Positions 27,401 through 33,417 of a DNA stretch of 33,417 nt are shown here, in pieces. Under the pieces are notes generated by a model that made no database searches, was not told the origin of the DNA, and saw nothing but the letters and a program-made list of their open reading frames with translations. The number at the start of each line of letters is the position of its first letter. Within the stretch, counting starts at the first letter, position 1. The DNA comes from a virus (Duplodnaviria; Caudoviricetes): positions 1 through 33,417 of IMG/VR virus record IMGVR_UViG_3300033153_008111. One strand, 5' to 3'. The position numbers and the translations under genes were made by a program.

Positions 27401-29704
27401 ATGACAATATCTAATGTAGTAATATCACCAGCAAACGAATCAGCAGTATATCCTACTGACCTGATTACGTTAACGTGCTCGAGTTCGGGGGTTGCTATAT
27501 ATTATACATTAGATGGAAGTACTCCAACTAAAGATTCTAATTTATATACAGTACCGTTTGTTATAGGAAGCGCTACAGAGGTTACCGCCAAAGCATTTAC
27601 TATTTATGGAGATGAATATATAGAGTTAGAGACTGGAGAGGATATAGGGTATTTTAAAATAGATTCAACTTCTGAAATTGATATAATTCTTAATAATGTA
27701 TCGTTATATTATAATAAAGATTTAAAAGGGACTGTTACACAATGGGATACGTCATTCGATGAAACAACATGGAGTGGAGGGAATAGAGGAGAATATAGTA
27801 CAGCAGATGAAAAATATCATGTTATATATTTTGGAGAACCTGGAATTGATCCCCGTGGGGGAGTAACAAGAGGTAATATGATGTATATAAAAGGAACTGA
27901 AGATAATTTCAGTACTCCTATAGATTTAATAGCAACAATGCCACATTTTTATCATAGTCACACCTATCCAAGAATGACAGTAGATAGTAATGGATATGTT
28001 CATCTAATTATATATGACGGTTATATATATTACGGTACAAATAAAACTGGTACATGGGTTGAAGAAGAATTAATAGAAATATATGATATGGATGATGATG
28101 ATAATGATTTAGATATAGTTGTTGATGCTAATGGGTATGTTCATATTGCAGCTTTGATGTCTGAGTATGATGATGGTGATGATGTTGGAGTTTATTATAT
28201 TACTAATAAAACAGGATCATGGACATCTGAGAGAAATGTACAAGCTACGGATTATGATTATATGGCAGGTGGGGTTCAAATAGATGTAGACAAAAATGGA
28301 ATAATTCATATTATTTATGGGATAGTTCCTTATTCTGGAAGTGAAGGATATTATTATATATATGGAAGTATGTGGAGTTGGTCAAGTCCTTCTTTTACTG
28401 GAGTAGACCTAAATGATGGTTCAGCTTTAAGTATGAAAATTGATGCTAACTCAGTAGTTAATTTTACATCATTAATAAATCCTCCAGGCAAATTCTCTAC
28501 TGTGTTATATACAAAAAATGAAACTTCAACTCCTTTGGCTTTTACATCAGAAATCCTTTATCCACCTGCTTCAATTGATTTAACTTTATGGAAATCAAAT
28601 ACTATTATTCTAAGAGAAGAAAATTCTCATATTTTTATACTTATTAGTTATTATAAGACCTACTCACAGAAGATAGTACTTTTTGAAAATTCACAAGATA
28701 TATGGAGAACAGATACTTTACTAGAAGGATATGAGTATAAATCAGGATCTACTGATTACTTACTAGATTTTGTTTATGATTTTGATGTAAATTCAAACAT
28801 TTTATATTATTTTAATATAACTCATTCAATGATTGGGGTATGGGTAGAAACTGTTTTTACAAAAACTGTGACAAATACGGAATACGACCTTAATGTAGGT
28901 AAATCATCTATATCAATACCTGGCCAAGAAGTAACAATTCCTGCTTCTTTAACTATTTATGATATTCCAGTTATACAAAAAGAATTTTACGATGGAATTG
29001 ATAAACGAACATTCGAAACTCAAGTGTTACAAAAAATGATAACATCAATTCATTTAGAAGATTATAAAATACTAACAGATTTTGCAAATATCAAGTTTAC
29101 AAATACGGATGGTATTTGTGTAAACATGCAATATAATTCTACAAATAGAACAGCTGTTATTAATTTAACAGATACCCTTCCATCTGGCATTGATATTCTA
29201 GATGATGGAGATAGATATATTTTAACAAGCGGAGAATATACAAATTACATAGCAACGTGTAGTGATTCAACTTCTGAAATATGGATTTATAAAGAACCAA
29301 CTACAGACGATATTTTGACAGTTACAGAATTATCTGCAAAATATATTTATTCAGATAATGGATGGATGGTAATTCCACAATATGAAATACCTCTTAAATT
29401 AGATATTGAGGTATTTAAGACTTCAAGTTACACAGGTTCTGACACAGAATTGGGAACAAAAATAAGAGAGACTCTCATAAGTTCATTTCAAGATAGATTT
29501 GGATCTAACATCTCATTATATAGATCCGAATTAATAAATGTTATTCATGGAATATCTGGAATAGATCATTGTAGAATTCTAAACCCTGAAACAAATATTT
29601 TCTTTAATTTTGATTTAACTAAATTAACTAAAGAAGAGTTACTAACTTATGGACCTGAATATATTTATTTTGATTCATCTACTATAACCATAAGGATTAT
29701 ATAA
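27401..29704 (+). CDS. FN3-associated domain, propeller repeats and wedge copy 3 C-terminal part
   Basis: Same architecture as 20841-23123; TIYDIPVI at 28952. Confidence 0.85.
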   Translation: MTISNVVISPANESAVYPTDLITLTCSSSGVAIYYTLDGSTPTKDSNLYTVPFVIGSATEVTAKAFTIYGDEYIELETGEDIGYFKIDSTSEIDIILNNVSLYYNKDLKGTVTQWDTSFDETTWSGGNRGEYSTADEKYHVIYFGEPGIDPRGGVTRGNMMYIKGTEDNFSTPIDLIATMPHFYHSHTYPRMTVDSNGYVHLIIYDGYIYYGTNKTGTWVEEELIEIYDMDDDDNDLDIVVDANGYVHIAALMSEYDDGDDVGVYYITNKTGSWTSERNVQATDYDYMAGGVQIDVDKNGIIHIIYGIVPYSGSEGYYYIYGSMWSWSSPSFTGVDLNDGSALSMKIDANSVVNFTSLINPPGKFSTVLYTKNETSTPLAFTSEILYPPASIDLTLWKSNTIILREENSHIFILISYYKTYSQKIVLFENSQDIWRTDTLLEGYEYKSGSTDYLLDFVYDFDVNSNILYYFNITHSMIGVWVETVFTKTVTNTEYDLNVGKSSISIPGQEVTIPASLTIYDIPVIQKEFYDGIDKRTFETQVLQKMITSIHLEDYKILTDFANIKFTNTDGICVNMQYNSTNRTAVINLTDTLPSGIDILDDGDRYILTSGEYTNYIATCSDSTSEIWIYKEPTTDDILTVTELSAKYIYSDNGWMVIPQYEIPLKLDIEVFKTSSYTGSDTELGTKIRETLISSFQDRFGSNISLYRSELINVIHGISGIDHCRILNPETNIFFNFDLTKLTKEELLTYGPEYIYFDSSTITIRII

Positions 29705-29705
29705 T

Positions 29706-30827
29706 ATGGAAAAATTGCTTGCAAAAATTAAAATAAACAAACCAAGAATGAAGTCTGTTCTTGTAAGAGCTGTTGCAACAAATATATCTGGTTTATCAAC
29801 TCCATGTTTCAGACCTTCTATGAAAAAACACTATTATGAATTTTTAAAACTATCTGGATTAACTGAAAAAGATGTTAGAGATTACGCAAAAAGGGTATGG
29901 GTAGGTAGAAAAGAGGCTGTATTTCAACTTCATAAAGAACCTCTTGCTAATTTTTATATTTTTCTAATGCATTATTTTTTAAATAAAAATGACAAATTGA
30001 TGGCACAGTATTTTATGATATTTTATGAATTACGACATTATGCTGCTAGATTTGAAATTCATTTCAAATATTGTCAAGAAGATGTATTTAAATATACATT
30101 AGATACATTAACAAAAACTCATCTATTTTCTAGGGAGAAAACAATTGGGAATGCTATATATTTTCTATCTAAAGAACTTATGAAACAATGGGGACCTGCA
30201 ATTAAAAATTATGATCTTGATAAAATTTCAAAATTTATAACATATGCACGACATAGAATTGCCCAGTCAACTCGTTCATTTGCTGAAACATACTATAAAA
30301 ACGCTGAATTAGGACTAGGAATACAGACTCAAAGAGAACCCGCTGACGACGAAGAGAACTCGTATCAGCATGTTACGACTGACAAATCAACAAGGATTGC
30401 AGAAGAAATAACCAAAAAAATAACGGTCTATAGATATGTAGATCATATAGCTCAAGAAGAATCAAGAAAGCTTACAAAGATTAATAGTTCATTAGCTACA
30501 TTGATTGTTAATAATTTAGGAAATACTAAATACACTGATAAAATTAAGGTTTCATTAGTATTGTTTACCAAAGAGTTAAAAGAAATGAAAATGTTATGTG
30601 GAAAAGATTATTATAAACATGTAAGAAAAATAATGTCAATTAAAAGGACTAAGAGTGAAATTTATTTTAAACAACAAATAAATTCATTAGTTATTGAAGT
30701 ACTAACTGAGGTTAAGTATATAGACAGATACAATAAAGTTACATCTCAAACTCAGTTTTTAATAAATTTATTCTTAGCGTATTATTTAACAATGGTAATG
30801 AGACGAACAGTCTGCCCAAATACATAA
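29706..30827 (+). CDS. Hypothetical basic, probably helical protein (373 aa)
   Basis: Long ORF coupled to the last wedge gene; no motif recognised. Confidence 0.8.
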   Translation: MEKLLAKIKINKPRMKSVLVRAVATNISGLSTPCFRPSMKKHYYEFLKLSGLTEKDVRDYAKRVWVGRKEAVFQLHKEPLANFYIFLMHYFLNKNDKLMAQYFMIFYELRHYAARFEIHFKYCQEDVFKYTLDTLTKTHLFSREKTIGNAIYFLSKELMKQWGPAIKNYDLDKISKFITYARHRIAQSTRSFAETYYKNAELGLGIQTQREPADDEENSYQHVTTDKSTRIAEEITKKITVYRYVDHIAQEESRKLTKINSSLATLIVNNLGNTKYTDKIKVSLVLFTKELKEMKMLCGKDYYKHVRKIMSIKRTKSEIYFKQQINSLVIEVLTEVKYIDRYNKVTSQTQFLINLFLAYYLTMVMRRTVCPNT

Positions 30828-30839
30828 AAAATTACACCG

Positions 30840-30881
30840 AAAAATGAACCGCGACTTGAATAAGGGAGCGGTTCATTTTTT
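30840..30881. terminator. Bidirectional intrinsic terminator
   Basis: AAAAATGAACCGC...GCGGTTCATTTTT inverted repeat between convergent genes. Confidence 0.85.
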
Positions 30882-30888
30882 CGCTGGG

Positions 30889-31422
30889 TTACTTATCATG
30901 TGCTTTTTTGGTAGCATGGAAAATAGCTTCCATTTGAATTTTTAATCCTTCGGGTCCTGACAGAAAGTCATAAACCTGGAAAGTATACATTTGCTTCATA
31001 AACTGGGTTTCCATTCCCATTTCTTGTGCATTTGTGGCCGCCATAGCAGTTGGTGCCCGGATGTAATTTGTAACAAAGACAAGTTCATTTATATTTTGAA
31101 GTGCCGGCGATACCGCCTGAACAATGCTGAGATGAAGGAGTTTTAATGAAAACTCCCCATTGTCCTTTACAAATTCTAAAATTTCTTTATCGCATCGCTG
31201 TTCTTTAAGATTAGAATACAGCACATCCGGGGAACTTATAATAGCGGTCAAATAATCGTTCATTTGTGGAACCTGCTTCTTCATCTGGTAGAGACCTTCG
31301 AGTTGTTTTTGAATGGTCGTATCGCTTTTCATAAAATCATAATCGTTTGACCCCCAACCACCATAAACAGTTGAAACTGACATCAACACAGCTAATACAA
31401 TAATGAATATTCTTTTAACCAT
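30889..31422 (-). CDS. Exported protein with Sec-type signal peptide (moron-like)
   Basis: MVKRIFIIVLAVLMSVSTVYG signal; AAGGAGG RBS; own promoter motif and terminator; appears more GC-rich than the flanks. Confidence 0.8.
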   Translation of the reverse strand: MVKRIFIIVLAVLMSVSTVYGGWGSNDYDFMKSDTTIQKQLEGLYQMKKQVPQMNDYLTAIISSPDVLYSNLKEQRCDKEILEFVKDNGEFSLKLLHLSIVQAVSPALQNINELVFVTNYIRAPTAMAATNAQEMGMETQFMKQMYTFQVYDFLSGPEGLKIQMEAIFHATKKAHDK

Positions 31423-31454
31423 TGTATACCTCCTTTAGTGGGTAATGATACTTA

Positions 31455-31478
31455 TCATTCATGGATTAATATATATAG
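31455..31478 (-). promoter_or_regulatory. Putative early promoter (copy 2)
   Basis: TCATTCA-tgg-ATTAATATATATAG matches 7403-7426. Confidence 0.7.
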
Positions 31479-31504
31479 TAACTAAAACTATACGTACTTT
31501 TATA

Positions 31505-31519
31505 AGAACAAATAATAAA
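31505..31519 (+). promoter_or_regulatory. Putative late promoter AGAACAAATAATAAA upstream of terminase
   Basis: 14/15 match to the other two copies. Confidence 0.7.
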
Positions 31520-31547
31520 TAGAGAATAGAATATAAAGGAGCGATAG

Positions 31548-33221
31548 ATGGCATCAATTACTAAAGCGAGTAAAATACAAACAAAAGCAAATAAGTATAT
31601 TACTGAATTTATTCGTTGTAAAAATAATTTTAGATATTTTTGTGCTACTTATGTTTTACTTGAATTACCAGGTGGTGACACTCCTTTAATGTTATATGAT
31701 AAACAGGATGAATTAGTTAAATTAGTCAACAGTAATAAATATGTTATTGTTTTAAAATCAAGACAAATTGGAATATCAACTGTAATTCAAGCATATGCTA
31801 CATGGCTAGCTATATTTTATGATAATGCAGTTGTAGGGATTATTTCAAAAGATGGAAAAGAAGCAACCCATTTTGCGAGAACTATTCGTGGAATGATTGA
31901 AAAACTTCCTGATTGGATGAAACCTCCAAAAGGAGTATTAGGAAGAGGATTTGCAAAAAGAAGCGAACAATCATTTATTCTTACAAATGGTTCAAAAGTA
32001 ATTGCATCTCCTGTTAATCCAAATGCTCCAGAAAAAGCTCTTCGTGGTCAGGCAATAACATTTCTTGTCATTGATGAGGCTGCATTTGTCCTATATCTGG
32101 ATAAAGCATGGACTTCAATGGTTCCAGCTCTATCTACTAATCAGATGCATGCTAAGAAAAATGGAGTACCATATGGCACTGTGGTGTTATCCACTCCTAA
32201 CAAAACAGTTGGAATTGGAAAATGGTATTTTGATAGATATAATAAAGCTATTGCAGATAGAAACGAAATTTTCAAACCATTTATTATTCACTGGAAAATG
32301 ATTCCAGAATTAGCAGATGATCCAGATTGGTATCAAGTTCAATGTAAACTATTCGAAGATGATCCTAGAAAAATTCAACAAGAGTTGGAATTAAAATTCC
32401 TTCCTTCTGAAGGTTCATTCTTTGAAGCAATAACTGTTGAGAAAATGCAAGATTCTTCTGCTATTATAAATGAAACAAAGAGGATTAAATTATTTGGAGG
32501 GGAATGTTGGAAGTTTGAGGATGCCAATCCTGGATCTTATTATTTAATTGGGGTGGATACAGCGAGTGAACATGGAGCTGATAAAAGTGCTATAACAGTT
32601 TGGGATTGGGAAACATTAAATCAGGTTTGGGAATATAAAGGAAAATGTAAAGTACTTGATTTTGTAAAAGTTGTTAAAGTAGCTTGTTCATTATATAGAA
32701 ATGGAACAGTTATAATAGAATCAAATTCATATGGAAATCAAGTTGTTGAACATATAAACGATTCGGCTGAATATACAACAATGGTATATTCTGAAAAAAG
32801 AGGTGAGCAAACAATTGTTCCAGGGTTGTCTACTAATGCCAAAACACGGCCTTTGATGATTGATGCTTTGTATTCATATATTAGTCAGTTTCCAGAAATT
32901 GTAAAATCTGAAAGACTTGCTCTTGAACTAACAGGTCTTATTACTAAAAAGAATGGTAAAGTTGAAGCGGAAGAAGGTTCTCATGACGATTTAGCTCTTA
33001 GTGCAGCTTTATGCTTTTATGTAAGAAAATATGATTCAAGTAGAGTATTAGTAACAACAGATAAGATATCTGAACAAAGCCAAGAAATAAGTAGTTTGAT
33101 AAATTCAAATACTTCCCACATGGATGAGATGTCAAATGCTCAGATAATGAAATATGTTAAAAATAATATTAGTGAGCATCAAGGATTTGTTGATGTGTTG
33201 TCACTATATGATAATATGTAA
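31548..33221 (+). CDS. terL: Terminase large subunit (T4 gp17-like)
   Basis: KSRQIGIST (Walker A variant), FLVIDEAAF (Walker B), LSTPN, and nuclease motifs IGVDTA, IESN, HDDL. Confidence 0.95.
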   Translation: MASITKASKIQTKANKYITEFIRCKNNFRYFCATYVLLELPGGDTPLMLYDKQDELVKLVNSNKYVIVLKSRQIGISTVIQAYATWLAIFYDNAVVGIISKDGKEATHFARTIRGMIEKLPDWMKPPKGVLGRGFAKRSEQSFILTNGSKVIASPVNPNAPEKALRGQAITFLVIDEAAFVLYLDKAWTSMVPALSTNQMHAKKNGVPYGTVVLSTPNKTVGIGKWYFDRYNKAIADRNEIFKPFIIHWKMIPELADDPDWYQVQCKLFEDDPRKIQQELELKFLPSEGSFFEAITVEKMQDSSAIINETKRIKLFGGECWKFEDANPGSYYLIGVDTASEHGADKSAITVWDWETLNQVWEYKGKCKVLDFVKVVKVACSLYRNGTVIIESNSYGNQVVEHINDSAEYTTMVYSEKRGEQTIVPGLSTNAKTRPLMIDALYSYISQFPEIVKSERLALELTGLITKKNGKVEAEEGSHDDLALSAALCFYVRKYDSSRVLVTTDKISEQSQEISSLINSNTSHMDEMSNAQIMKYVKNNISEHQGFVDVLSLYDNM

Positions 33222-33232
33222 GGAGACCATTA

Positions 33233-33417
33233 ATGAATGAATTAGATGTTATTATAGAAGCTGTTGAGAATAATATTAAAGAAGGGGAAGATCTAAAGGA
33301 ATTATGGGCAGTTCCAATAGGACTGAAACCAATTGTTAAACTTGATGGTTCTTTATTATATGGATCAAACAAACTCAATGATAAATTTATTAAGGCTTTG
33401 GGAAAACAAAGTCGAAG
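33233..33417 (+). CDS. Hypothetical protein, 5' part (runs off the window)
   Basis: AAGGAG RBS, ATG 33233, open to the end (MNELDVIIEAVENN...). Confidence 0.7.
   Translation, partial: MNELDVIIEAVENNIKEGEDLKELWAVPIGLKPIVKLDGSLLYGSNKLNDKFIKALGKQSR

Noticed and set aside
28925-28935. CAAGAAGTAAC identical to 21051-21061, near the right edge of the copy 3 insert
   Set aside because: A single 11-bp match in AT-rich paralogous DNA is plausible by chance, and it has no matching partner at the left edge of the insert.
13073-29704. Diversity-generating retroelement or invertase shufflon acting on the adhesin modules
   Set aside because: No reverse transcriptase or recombinase in the window, no near-identical repeat pair differing only at adenines was seen, and all cassettes are in the same orientation.
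31548-33221. Intein or intron in the terminase, or inactivation by the Walker A Lys-to-Ile change
   Set aside because: Length and motif spacing are normal with no splicing motifs. RQxGI(S/T) variants are, to my knowledge, common in large-phage terminases.
822-33378. Short ORF-track entries antisense to or nested in long genes (e.g. 822-1052, 5547-5891, 6964-7167, 7891-8568 minus, 8651-9104 minus, 16908-17138, 21574-21798, 24975-25175, 32065-32301, 33169-33378)
   Set aside because: They overlap well-supported genes and lack convincing RBS or motifs; treated as shadow ORFs.

Overview
AT-rich (roughly 30% GC by eye) segment of a large tailed dsDNA phage with T4-like, contractile-tail morphogenesis genes, read in the standard code. 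The minus-strand accessory arm (77-7214) encodes RNA end-repair enzymes (HD-type CCA-adding enzyme, RlaP-like Pol-beta nucleotidyltransferase, Tpt1/KptA), a free-standing homing endonuclease, and a radical SAM enzyme flanked by three otherwise dissimilar proteins that share the N-terminus MKxKxDF(V/I)TNSSSxSF. The plus-strand late arm (7498-33417) carries an HNH endonuclease, a tail tube-like protein, gp26/gp51/gp25-like baseplate genes, three twin-CX3C basic proteins, a neck-like protein, a triplicated gp6-like baseplate wedge and the large terminase. Main observations: (1) the rSAM plus TNSSS-leader set is a candidate protein-modification system; (2) wedge copies 2 and 3 carry 4-5 kb beta-propeller inserts at one site, and each is split into two ORFs by what looks like a circularly permuted gene, leaving reciprocal domain halves on the two chains; (3) two recurring promoter-like motifs, one lying inside a 13-bp hairpin that covers the homing endonuclease start codon. 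All family calls come from motif recognition, not database searches.
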